In this document: one piece after another, positions 48,163 to 57,081 of the stretch
Layout of the letters: each line of letters starts with the position of its first letter
How positions within the stretch are numbered: the stretch's first letter is position 1
Assembly: GCA_000998135.1 (NCBI GenBank)
Contig: LCCV01000004.1
Coordinates: 21,681-85,680 of the forward strand
From: Parcubacteria group bacterium GW2011_GWA2_42_14
GTDB taxonomy: Bacteria > Patescibacteriota > Minisyncoccia > Sungbacterales > GWA2-42-14
Reading direction: 5' to 3'
Length of the DNA stretch: 64,000 nucleotides
Made by a program: the position numbers and the translations under genes
The notes under the pieces: generated by a model
Told to the model about the DNA's origin: nothing
Seen by the model: only the letters and a program-made list of their open reading frames with translations
Databases searched by the model: none

Positions 48163-48936
48163 ATGCAAGCATTGCTTTTGGATAATACTGCGGTGGACGA
48201 GGTGATGAAATTTTATAAGACAAATGCAGAAGACGAGGTTCTTTATCCACGAAATCCAGATTGGATAAAAGAACATTTAGGAGATGATTTCTTTTTAACC
48301 GGCATTCTGACGGGCGAGGGTGAAGAGTTGATTGCTGTGGCATGGATGGCTAAGTTGAAAAATTTTGTTTACTTTACGGTTGAGAACGAAAAACTTTTTA
48401 TCAGAAACGACGGCAGTTATGCATACAGCGGCGGATGGTATATTAGGCCTGATTATCGCGGTATGGGAATGTTTAAGCTGCTTGCCGCTACAGTCAATCT
48501 ATTTTGGTTCACTAAAATAAACAAGAATGAATCTGTTCCTTTGTGGGGGCGGATGGTGGGACAGAAGGATGCGGATGGTAGCCCGCTTTTTTGGAACCGA
48601 GTCGGCGAAAGAGTAACAGGGTTACCTTATCATGAACTTTTAGCGCTTCCTTTCGGAACCATGGAGCAAGTAATTTTTGACAGCTGGCCGAAAGATCCCA
48701 TACCTTTGACATGCATCCCGCAGGACATTCTTCGGCAGACGCTGGGTAAAACTCATGAGTCTTTGACCGGCCCTCTTAATCAATTCATTAGGTGGGGGTG
48801 TATAGAAGTTACCGATCGTTTTGTGCCCACGTCTCTTAATCGTTTTCATGTTACTACTAAAAATAGCATTTCTGATCCGGAAAAATTTTTTTATCAAGCG
48901 CTTTCCAAAGTTCTTAATTCCATAAGTGCTGCCTAG
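48163..48936 (+). CDS. hypothetical protein, possibly a GNAT-fold N-acyltransferase
   Basis: 257 aa. No firm motif. The call rests on gene context (downstream of the FabH-like gene) and is weak. Confidence 0.3.
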   Translation: MQALLLDNTAVDEVMKFYKTNAEDEVLYPRNPDWIKEHLGDDFFLTGILTGEGEELIAVAWMAKLKNFVYFTVENEKLFIRNDGSYAYSGGWYIRPDYRGMGMFKLLAATVNLFWFTKINKNESVPLWGRMVGQKDADGSPLFWNRVGERVTGLPYHELLALPFGTMEQVIFDSWPKDPIPLTCIPQDILRQTLGKTHESLTGPLNQFIRWGCIEVTDRFVPTSLNRFHVTTKNSISDPEKFFYQALSKVLNSISAA

Positions 48937-49030
48937 AAAATTCTATCAGTGAAATGTTCGTATAAAAATAAGGCCAGTCGCAATGTGACTGGCTTTTTCT
49001 TGGTAATTTTTCTCAGGGTTTGTACCATTT

Positions 49031-50308
49031 TCAGATGTTTTGGAAAGGTTTAATAATTTCGGCTGGAGGAAGTATGCGGCTGCCTTTTAGCGAAACATCA
49101 TATTTTATCTCAATCGGTTTTATGCGTTTTCGCCGTATTGCGTCGCCGAGCGATTCAGTTGGCGATATGCGCACCTCCCGTTCCAAGATTTCTTTGATGG
49201 TGCTTGTAATAAACGGGGTTGGTTCGTTGATTGGCCGGATGGTGAGGCATAAAAAGAGCAGAAGAAGATTATTTTCCGTAATTTGTTCTATTTGCAGTTC
49301 AAAATCTTCGGTAAAAAATCCCGTAAGTTTTCCAAGCGCCCGTTTTATCGCTTCTTCCCGAAATACAAAGTTTCCGATTTTATATGATTTTTCCGAGTCC
49401 CGGGGGCCAATTACGCCGATTGTTCCATCAGAAAATCCGCATGAACATTTAAAGCCGTTTTTTATAATCATACGGTCTCCCGTATTATATCGTATGAGGG
49501 GTGCAGGAAGCTGGTGAAGCGCTGTAACGATGGATAAGCCGTTAACCGTCTCGAAAATAAAATCTTGAGTATTAAGATGATAAGCGTTCGGGCTTATAGC
49601 TTCTAAGGTGGCGCAAAGAGAAGATCTCATGCCCATAGATGACGGCCCCTCGGTCATGGCGTAGATATAAAGTATTAGCGCTCTTGGATAAACGTGTTTT
49701 AAAAGTGAAATGGCGGCGGAGGTGAGCGGTTCGCCTGTAAGATACAGAAACATAATGTGCGATGGTGAATATCCTTGTTGTTCCAGTGTTTTGGCAAAAG
49801 ATACTGCGGTTGATGGGCGGATACCCAGCCAGTCGACTTCCATTTCGCGCGCGATGTTAGCTGAAAGGATAAAATCGTTAATATCTCCCAAAGATATAAT
49901 AGAACCGGGTGGAAAAAATTGTCCCTGAAGTCCAGCGCCGATAGACGCCGCAGCATTACTTGCGGGTCGTAGCATGAGGCATGATTTGGGAGATTTATTA
50001 GTCAGTTTTTGAATAAAGTTATAATAAGGCGGTATAAAGTGGTGCGATTTAATAGTTATGAGGGGCCGTCCGCCGGTGCCGCTTGAAATATCGGCAAAGT
50101 AGTAGTAATTATTTGAGGTAAATATTGTTCGGTCCTGTACCGATATCGAAAGGAGGTCTTCTTTTGTCAAAATAGGAATTTTTTTTAAGTCATTGTCGTT
50201 TTGAAAATCTTTTTCAGGAAAAAATTCATTTCTTTTCCATAATTCACGATAAAAGTTTGAATTTTGCCATACATAATTTATGAGTTCAACGAGTTTAGTA
50301 GGTTTCAT
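49031..50308 (-). CDS. phenylacetate-CoA ligase (PaaK/CapK/F390-synthetase)-like adenylating enzyme, paralog 1
   Basis: SSGTGGRPL P-loop-like motif and YNTGD. Confidence 0.6.
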   Translation of the reverse strand: MKPTKLVELINYVWQNSNFYRELWKRNEFFPEKDFQNDNDLKKIPILTKEDLLSISVQDRTIFTSNNYYYFADISSGTGGRPLITIKSHHFIPPYYNFIQKLTNKSPKSCLMLRPASNAAASIGAGLQGQFFPPGSIISLGDINDFILSANIAREMEVDWLGIRPSTAVSFAKTLEQQGYSPSHIMFLYLTGEPLTSAAISLLKHVYPRALILYIYAMTEGPSSMGMRSSLCATLEAISPNAYHLNTQDFIFETVNGLSIVTALHQLPAPLIRYNTGDRMIIKNGFKCSCGFSDGTIGVIGPRDSEKSYKIGNFVFREEAIKRALGKLTGFFTEDFELQIEQITENNLLLLFLCLTIRPINEPTPFITSTIKEILEREVRISPTESLGDAIRRKRIKPIEIKYDVSLKGSRILPPAEIIKPFQNI

Positions 50309-50314
50309 GTTATT

Positions 50315-51607
50315 TTATTTTAACACAGCCATATCAATAATTGGCCTAAATTTACCCAAATTAGATGGGTGCTCTAGGTGTCCAACTGTTTTTATTTGAA
50401 AACTTATTTCACTGCCGATGATAGAACGAAATACATTAGAAAGTTGTTGTTGGGCAGAATTATCAAATGACGGCTGTGGTATGATTCGTATTTCTAGGAA
50501 ATCCGTAGAAAGTTTAACGATTTGATATTGTAAAATCTTATTGCAAAATTTGTTGAATATTTCGGCAATTTCAAAATGGTGAATTTTTCTAGGTCCGATA
50601 TTTAAAAAAAGACCAAGCCGTCCATCTATTGTGAATCGTTCTGTTTCAAGGCCGCAGGGGCAGTTATTTTCTAAAATACGCCCGTAATCTCCGGTATCGT
50701 AGCGTATGAAAGGCATATTGTAGTTATTTAGGTCAGTTAGGATTATTCTTCCGCCTTTTTCCGGTGGTACTTGACGGCCGTTTTCATCCACTGTTTCCAA
50801 AATAAATGATTCGCTATTTAAATGAAAATCTTTATGATATTTACACTCAACGCCCACCGCCCCTAATTCTTCTAGTCCGTATTTATTATATAATTCACAT
50901 TGAAGCGTTTTTTCAATAAATACTCTTTGAGAGGAATGCAGCATTTCGCCGTATGATAGTGCGTATTTAAATTTAAGCTGGCTTCCAGGCCCCTTTTCCG
51001 TTATTAACCTGCTTAACTCTATTAATATAGATGGATAGCTTTGAATTATATCCGCATCATGTTGTCTTATAAGTGTTATGACACCCCCGGGGTTTTTAAG
51101 AAAATCCGCAACCGAAATAAAGAGCCGTTGGGGACTGGATGCGGGACTCATACGGATGTTTATTATTTTTGTTTTTCGTATAATATGAGTAAGTGGTATT
51201 CCTGTCCAGTATAAAAATCTTAGTGATAGAAAATCTGCATAAGCAGTTTGCGGCGAGAAAGAGGCGGGAATGAATTTGAAAGGTTCCCCTGTTGAGCCGG
51301 AAGTATGTTTCCATGGTAGCGTTTTTGATACCTCATTATTTATATAATATTCCTGCGGCTTATTCTTGAATACCCTTTTATTTATAATAGGGAGTTGTTT
51401 AAGAATATCAGAATTTGTTATATCCGTTAATTTTAAACCATTAGTATCCCATAAATCATGATATAAAGATATGTTTTTGTAAGCGTAAGCAGTGAGTTTT
51501 TGTAATTTTTTCTCCTGCCATTTTTTTATAACCCACTTTGGCATAGCGTGTATGTCTTTCCAAACCTCAAACCGCGCGCGTTCCATATTTTTTTCTAAGA
51601 TGTTCAT
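50315..51607 (-). CDS. PaaK/CapK-like adenylating enzyme, paralog 2
   Basis: TSGSTGEPFKF and YDTGD. Confidence 0.65.
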   Translation of the reverse strand: MNILEKNMERARFEVWKDIHAMPKWVIKKWQEKKLQKLTAYAYKNISLYHDLWDTNGLKLTDITNSDILKQLPIINKRVFKNKPQEYYINNEVSKTLPWKHTSGSTGEPFKFIPASFSPQTAYADFLSLRFLYWTGIPLTHIIRKTKIINIRMSPASSPQRLFISVADFLKNPGGVITLIRQHDADIIQSYPSILIELSRLITEKGPGSQLKFKYALSYGEMLHSSQRVFIEKTLQCELYNKYGLEELGAVGVECKYHKDFHLNSESFILETVDENGRQVPPEKGGRIILTDLNNYNMPFIRYDTGDYGRILENNCPCGLETERFTIDGRLGLFLNIGPRKIHHFEIAEIFNKFCNKILQYQIVKLSTDFLEIRIIPQPSFDNSAQQQLSNVFRSIIGSEISFQIKTVGHLEHPSNLGKFRPIIDMAVLK

Positions 51608-51734
51608 AGGATGTTAAAATAAAAAAGTAAAAGTAATTGCGGCGCAATAAGGGTATTTTTGGAGTATTTAACAGCAGTTGACCGGTATGTTTAAAAAATA
51701 TTTGATAAAAAATATTTTTATCTATTCCCCCATC

Positions 51735-53048
51735 ATGACAGAATTTTCTCTGTTTATTCCGTCGCAATTAAAATTATTTGCCGGAGAATTGAATAGTGCC
51801 GTATGGAATTGGGCCGCTGCTGAATCTAGAAAATTTTTTGAAGATAGCGACTGGCAGGAATTGGTATTTATTAAGCTTAGAAACATACTTGTTCATGCCG
51901 GCAGAAATGTTCCGTACTGGCGGAGAATTTTTAGGGAAATCGGTTTTAATCCCCAAAAATTTAAAAACTTTGAAGATTTTCAAAAGTTGCCTGTTATTAC
52001 CAGAAAAAAACTAAAAAAAATTCCTATTGAAGAATTAATCGCAAAAAATATTTCAAAAAAATATTTTATACAAGCAGCTACTTCCGGTTCTACCGCCGAA
52101 CCGTTAAAATTTTTTCAAGACGGAAAGATAATTTTATTGCGCCGTCTGTTTCTTTTTTACGAATTAAATTATCCTAATTTTCGTGACGGTCCTTTTTTGT
52201 TAATTGGCCTTCAGACCATAAGGCATTTAAACGGATTGGGGTATCAAGTAGGCGGACATAAGTTGGAAGACGATAATTGGCGGATAAAGATTTTTTATCC
52301 GAACATCCGTTCTTTCCGTCCACGATACATTCTTTCCACCCCATCTTATTTAAAGAGATTTATTTTTTTTTGTCAACGAGATGGTTTTACGGTTGACAGA
52401 TTGGCCGGGGTTTTTTGTTATGGGGAACATTTTGGAGAAGAAGAGCGGCGAAGTGTTGAAGCATTCCTTGGTTGCCCTGCTTATGCTGTTTACGGTTCAC
52501 AAGAATGTTCGCTTATTGCCAGTCAATGCGCTAAATATAATTATCATGTAGCCCCCTGGATGAATTATGTTGAAATCATTGATGATAATGATAAACCGGT
52601 TTCTAGGGGTGTTTTAGGCAGAATTGTTATTACGTCACTTATGAATGAAACAATGCCTTTTATTCGTTATCAACTGGGGGATTTGGGCCGTTTAAGCAGC
52701 GGTAAGTGTTTATGCGGCAATTCGAGTCCAATTATTGAAATTGAGGGCAGGATTGTCGGTAATATAGAATTTTCTGATGGTACGGCCTTTCCATTATATC
52801 CCATATTGCAATATTTGGCAGATCATTATTCATCGGAAATTAAACAATTTCAGATTGAACAAATGTCTAAATTTCGGTTAATCTTTAGATACATCCCAAT
52901 GTATACCGGACAATCTTTAGATTTTGAGCGGGTGATGACAGAATACTTAAATTCCATAGTTAGGAATAGGATGGACATTAAGATGGAGGTCATTGATTAT
53001 ATTTTTCCGAACCAAAATGGAAAAACTCCTATATTTATAAAAAGATAA
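51735..53048 (+). CDS. PaaK/CapK-like adenylating enzyme, paralog 3
   Basis: TSGSTAEPLKF and YQLGD. Confidence 0.6.
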   Translation: MTEFSLFIPSQLKLFAGELNSAVWNWAAAESRKFFEDSDWQELVFIKLRNILVHAGRNVPYWRRIFREIGFNPQKFKNFEDFQKLPVITRKKLKKIPIEELIAKNISKKYFIQAATSGSTAEPLKFFQDGKIILLRRLFLFYELNYPNFRDGPFLLIGLQTIRHLNGLGYQVGGHKLEDDNWRIKIFYPNIRSFRPRYILSTPSYLKRFIFFCQRDGFTVDRLAGVFCYGEHFGEEERRSVEAFLGCPAYAVYGSQECSLIASQCAKYNYHVAPWMNYVEIIDDNDKPVSRGVLGRIVITSLMNETMPFIRYQLGDLGRLSSGKCLCGNSSPIIEIEGRIVGNIEFSDGTAFPLYPILQYLADHYSSEIKQFQIEQMSKFRLIFRYIPMYTGQSLDFERVMTEYLNSIVRNRMDIKMEVIDYIFPNQNGKTPIFIKR

Positions 53049-53059
53049 TTTTTTTGGAA

Positions 53060-53173
53060 ATGATTCAGGATAAAAATATAACGCCGGTGATAATTCTAGC
53101 CGCGGGCCGAGGCCGGCGGCTGATGCCGTTTACGGCGGACAGGCCGAAGTGTTTGGTGGCGGCTGGAAAGTAG
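53060..53173 (+). pseudogene. truncated duplicate of the 5' end of the NTP-transferase gene at 55495
   Basis: Encodes MIQDKNITPVIILAAGRGRRLMPFTADRPKCLVAAGK*. The DNA is about 90% identical to 55540-55615. Confidence 0.6.
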
Positions 53174-53248
53174 GGTTGGTGGCGATTGGCATAATAAAAG
53201 ATTTTTGGCTTTTTTGAATTTTGCTTTTGGTTGTGATAGAATAAAGCA

Positions 53249-54115
53249 ATGGATAAGCAAAACGGGTTAATAAGAAAACTAAAAGAGTATTTTGAAAAGC
53301 GCGATGACGTGGCGATGGCTTTTTTATTCGGGTCGCGGGCCGAAGATCGGCGGCATTCCGGTTCCGACTGGGATATTGCCGTATATTTTAAACCAGAGGT
53401 GGAACGAACCGAATGGGAAGAACATAACCGCGAGTACCCGGAAGAAACCCGTGTCTGGGGCGACTGTGTTGATATTTTAAAAACGGATAAAGTGGATTTG
53501 CTAGTGCTTAATCGGGCCCCAGCTACCATTGCCGATTCGGCCATACGCGGCGTCCCGTTAGTGGTAAAAGACCGCGGACTCTGGTTAGAGTTTATGCTTA
53601 TTATTACCAGCGCTGCTGAAGATTTGAGAGAATTTGCCCGTGATTATTACGAAATTTATATGCGCTCAAAATCTCTTACCTTGCGCGACGCGGAGAGATT
53701 AGGCAGAATTATTGAGTTTATTAATAATCAAATGACTCTTTATTCGGTTTTTCGCGAGCTTACTTTTGGAGAATACGAGAAGGATTTGATTAAACGCGGA
53801 GCGGCAGAGCGCTGGGTTGAGAATATGGTTAACTCGACAATGGATATTTCTAAAATAGTTCTTTCCTCCAGCAAAAAGCCCATGCCTTACGGCTATGCGG
53901 ACACGATTCGCGTTGCTCTGCTTTATTTAAACATTAATGATGGGTTTTGGCAAAAATTTTTGGATTGGGTTAAGCTCCGGAACGCTTTGGCTCACGAATA
54001 TACTGATATTAAGTGGAAGAAAATTGAAGATTTTGCCAAAACCAGCGAACCTTATTTTCAGACCTTAGTTAAATCAGCCCAAACATTTTTGGAAAGAGAA
54101 AGAGAAGGCGTTTAG
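53249..54115 (+). CDS. fused minimal nucleotidyltransferase + HEPN (DUF86) protein
   Basis: N-terminal FLFGSRAEDRRHSGSDWDIAVY (GS...DxD). C-terminal LRNALAHEY (Rx4-6H). Confidence 0.65.
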   Translation: MDKQNGLIRKLKEYFEKRDDVAMAFLFGSRAEDRRHSGSDWDIAVYFKPEVERTEWEEHNREYPEETRVWGDCVDILKTDKVDLLVLNRAPATIADSAIRGVPLVVKDRGLWLEFMLIITSAAEDLREFARDYYEIYMRSKSLTLRDAERLGRIIEFINNQMTLYSVFRELTFGEYEKDLIKRGAAERWVENMVNSTMDISKIVLSSSKKPMPYGYADTIRVALLYLNINDGFWQKFLDWVKLRNALAHEYTDIKWKKIEDFAKTSEPYFQTLVKSAQTFLEREREGV

Positions 54116-54142
54116 CGTTAAAAATCCTCAATAAATCTCAAT

Positions 54143-54205
54143 AAAATTTTTCATCCCGCCACTCTAGCCAAGGGCGGGATTTATCAAGTTTCATTGATAT
54201 TTTAA
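54143..54205. repeat. hairpin repeat F7 (TTTTTCATCCCGCC-loop-GGCGGGATTTATCAA)
   Basis: 8-bp stem ATCCCGCC/GGCGGGAT. Second copy at 55262-55322. Together they bracket the 54533-55245 gene pair. Confidence 0.6.
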
Positions 54206-54532
54206 TTTCGTCCGCAAGAATTCCCCGCGGCAAGCCGCGGGGATGAATTGCGGAGCACGAAATTAACCCAGCACCAAGTTTTTCGATAATCTTCTGATAA
54301 CGCAATTGCAAGCCGCAGGCGATTCCGTGAAATAAACAAGTGATTTAAGATAACCGTTTTCGAACTTTGGCGCTGGGTAATGAATATAAAATAAGATACC
54401 CCGCGTCGCTTGGCGCGGGGTGACAATAAATTCATTAAGCGAAGGCCGTCGTAAAAGAAGGGCGTAAAACGGCAGAAAGTGGATGATAGAGGGAGTTTGA
54501 CCAGGAATCAATAGGTATGATACAGTTTATAT

Positions 54533-54766
54533 ATGGTTATATTAACGCAAAAAAAACGTTTTAAATCACGCGAGCTTATTATTGATTTTGAAAGGTATCG
54601 CGGTCAACACGTGGCGATTTTTAATAATCGCGTAATCGGACGGGGCTCTTCCGCGACGGAGGCAATTAAGGAGGCTTTGCGTTTTTCTCCTCGCCTCGAG
54701 CGTTCTCAATTGATACTATTTTTCGTTCCTAAACAGCCGATTTTTATCTACTTTTTTCAAGCATGA
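54533..54766 (+). CDS. small hypothetical protein, cotranscribed with an aspartic protease
   Basis: 77 aa. Its stop overlaps the downstream start (ATGA). Confidence 0.3.
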   Translation: MVILTQKKRFKSRELIIDFERYRGQHVAIFNNRVIGRGSSATEAIKEALRFSPRLERSQLILFFVPKQPIFIYFFQA

Positions 54767-55245
54767 CAAGTATGAAGGGAATAATTTATCCGTATCGTAT
54801 ACGGCTGCGCTATGATGGCGGCATTGAAACTTTGCCGCTTATTTTATCCAGAATTAAATATGAACGCGGCGAACCTTTGACTGTTCTTTGCCTTTTGGAT
54901 TCCGGCGCGCAGGTCTCATTGCTTTCTAAAGCTGACGCAGACGAACTTAATATTGTTTTGGCTGATGGAGAAAAAATGGTTGTGGGCGGGGTTGGTGGTG
55001 AAGAAATAATTGGCTATCGGCACAATATTACTATTGATATTGGGGGAGTATCGTTTAGCGCGCCTGCTGTTTTCGCGATACGTGACGATGTGCCAAGAGT
55101 GCTTGGACGAGATGGCGTCTTTAATAATTTTTTCATTATTTTTGATGAAAAACGGCGCCGCGCCGCGCTCTTAAAATATCAAGCGGCTGCGATTACCGTG
55201 ATGGAAAAAGAAATTTTTAGTCGATTACCGATTGAGCCGCTATGA
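54763..55245 (+). CDS. retropepsin-like (clan AA) aspartic protease
   Basis: LLDSGAQVSLL contains the D-S-G-A catalytic motif; about 160 aa. Confidence 0.55.
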   Translation: MTSMKGIIYPYRIRLRYDGGIETLPLILSRIKYERGEPLTVLCLLDSGAQVSLLSKADADELNIVLADGEKMVVGGVGGEEIIGYRHNITIDIGGVSFSAPAVFAIRDDVPRVLGRDGVFNNFFIIFDEKRRRAALLKYQAAAITVMEKEIFSRLPIEPL

Positions 55246-55261
55246 GTTTTTTGATTCCCTA

Positions 55262-55322
55262 AAAGATTTTTCATCCCGCCCCTTATTTAATGGCGGGATT
55301 TATCAAATTTTACCGATGTTTT
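55262..55322. repeat. hairpin repeat F7 (copy 2)
   Basis: Same stem as 54153-54180 with a different loop. Confidence 0.6.
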
Positions 55323-55381
55323 TATGGCCGGTCTATTAAGCAAATGTTAGTATTATTGCACTCGCGGATGGCGTTTCCTAT

Positions 55382-55478
55382 AATAGACCTGTTGCTTATT
55401 AAGATTTTAGCCGTTTTTTTAAAAAATTAGTGGCTTAAAATAAGGGTTTTTTGCATCAAATTTTCCCAAAAAATTATT
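55382..55478. repeat. element F8 (copy 2; core inverted relative to 41036-41128)
   Basis: See 41036-41128. Confidence 0.6.
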
Positions 55479-55494
55479 AATGCGGAACAAAGCC

Positions 55495-56286
55495 ATGGTT
55501 TCAAAACCGGAAAAATCTAAGCATGATATACGCGTTTTAATCCTTGCCGCGGGCCGAGGCCGGCGGCTGATGCCTTATACGGCGGACAGGCCCAAGTGTT
55601 TGGTGGAGGTAGGTGGCCGGCCGATTTTATTTTATCAGCTGCGGGCTCTGGAAAAACACGGCATTAAAAACGTTGTTATAGTTGTCGGTTATCAGGCGGA
55701 AAAAATCAAAGATTATGTTCGCGATAATTTTTCCGGTTTAAAAGTTGAGTTTGTTTATAATCCTGATTACTTATCCACTAACGATATTTATTCATTGTAT
55801 CTGGCGCGTTCTTATTTGAATGACGGCGTTATTATTCTTGATTCCGATGTTTTGTTTCATTCGAAAATGCTTTCCGAATTATCAGAGTATCATTCCGGTC
55901 GAAGCGCTATTTGTGTCAGAGTCGGCAGCTGCGGAGACGAAGAAATGAAAGTGGGGGTTAATTCCAAAGGGATGGTCGTTCGCCTTAGTAAGGGCTTGCC
56001 GCCTGAAGAAACAGTTGGTGAGTCCATGGGAATATCTTTTTTTTCAGATAAATTTTCAAATTATCTCTCGCGTACCTTGGAAAAGATTATTGATATGGGC
56101 GGGATTCTTTTATATAGAGAGGCGGCAATTGAAAGAGTTATTTCTGAACATGCGGAACCATTGCATCTTTTGAATATAAGCCGGTATCCCGCTATTGAAA
56201 TTGATTTTCCGGAAGACATAGAAAGAGCCGAGAAAGAGATTTTGCCGCAAATAATTGGTGAATTTAAATTGACACAGTATAGATAA
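55495..56286 (+). CDS. sugar-phosphate / phospho-alcohol nucleotidyltransferase (NTP_transferase fold)
   Basis: ILAAGRGRRLMPYTADRPKCLVEVGGRPIL signature (G-x-G-x-R-L). The upstream in-frame ATG at 55480 is a possible alternative start. Confidence 0.65.
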   Translation: MVSKPEKSKHDIRVLILAAGRGRRLMPYTADRPKCLVEVGGRPILFYQLRALEKHGIKNVVIVVGYQAEKIKDYVRDNFSGLKVEFVYNPDYLSTNDIYSLYLARSYLNDGVIILDSDVLFHSKMLSELSEYHSGRSAICVRVGSCGDEEMKVGVNSKGMVVRLSKGLPPEETVGESMGISFFSDKFSNYLSRTLEKIIDMGGILLYREAAIERVISEHAEPLHLLNISRYPAIEIDFPEDIERAEKEILPQIIGEFKLTQYR

Positions 56287-56306
56287 TTATAGTAATGTGA
56301 AGACAT

Positions 56307-56537
56307 ATGACAACCAAAATCCTTATTTTAAAAGAAGCAAAGCTTTCGTTGCCCAAGTCGTGGCGTGGTTCTGAAATATTGATGCGGACGGAAGGCGATA
56401 TGCTGGTCGTAAAAAAAATCCTGAAGTCGCCGGGGCCGATTTTTGATGAGCCGGCAACACGGACCTTGGAATTGCTTGGAAGGCGCGTATCGGCCAAAAC
56501 CATCCGTGAGGCGGTACGTTGGGCCAGAAAGCGGTAA
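56307..56537 (+). CDS. AbrB/MazE-type antitoxin (VapB-like)
   Basis: 76 aa, immediately upstream of the PIN gene. Small basic C-terminus. Confidence 0.45.
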   Translation: MTTKILILKEAKLSLPKSWRGSEILMRTEGDMLVVKKILKSPGPIFDEPATRTLELLGRRVSAKTIREAVRWARKR

Positions 56538-56540
56538 TTT

Positions 56541-56963
56541 ATGCTGGTTGTGCTTGATACAAACGTTGTCGTTTCCGCGATTTTATGGAAAGGGCGCCTT
56601 GCTCCTTTATTTGAACTTCTTAACCGGCGCGTCCTCACGCCCTGTTTCAATCCAGAAACCGTTGCTGAACTTTTCCGCGTAGCAGACTATCCGCATATTT
56701 TTAAGCAGTCCCGGCGCATGGGCACTGATTTGAAATCTGTTTTTGCCCGAGTCGTTGAGGCGGGTATTGTGGTGGAGGACGTAAAAATTTCCGAAACGGT
56801 TCCGGATGATCCATCTGATGAAAAGTTTCTTGCCTGTGCCGTAGTAGCACGGGCAAATTTTATTATATCCGGAGACAGCCATTTGCTCCGCCTCGGAATG
56901 TTTCGCGATATTCCTATTCTTTCACCGAGAATGTTTTTGGCAATTTTTAAAAAGGAAATTTAA
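56541..56963 (+). CDS. PIN-domain ribonuclease toxin (VapC-like)
   Basis: MLVVLDTNVVVSA... with acidic residues in the D...E...D...D pattern. Confidence 0.65.
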   Translation: MLVVLDTNVVVSAILWKGRLAPLFELLNRRVLTPCFNPETVAELFRVADYPHIFKQSRRMGTDLKSVFARVVEAGIVVEDVKISETVPDDPSDEKFLACAVVARANFIISGDSHLLRLGMFRDIPILSPRMFLAIFKKEI

Positions 56964-56983
56964 AAGACAGAGTTTTGTATTAG

Positions 56984-57050
56984 AGACCTTTTGCAAAATA
57001 AGCTTTCGCGTTTTTATTGTCTGAGCTTGTCGAAGACATACTTTAATTTT
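56984..57050. repeat. MITE-like repeat, family F4 (partial copy 3)
   Basis: GACCTTTTGCAAAATAAG ... CTGAGCTTGTCGAAGACATAC. Confidence 0.55.
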
Positions 57051-57081
57051 ATAAGATTTTATGCTGAAATTTTACCCTTCG

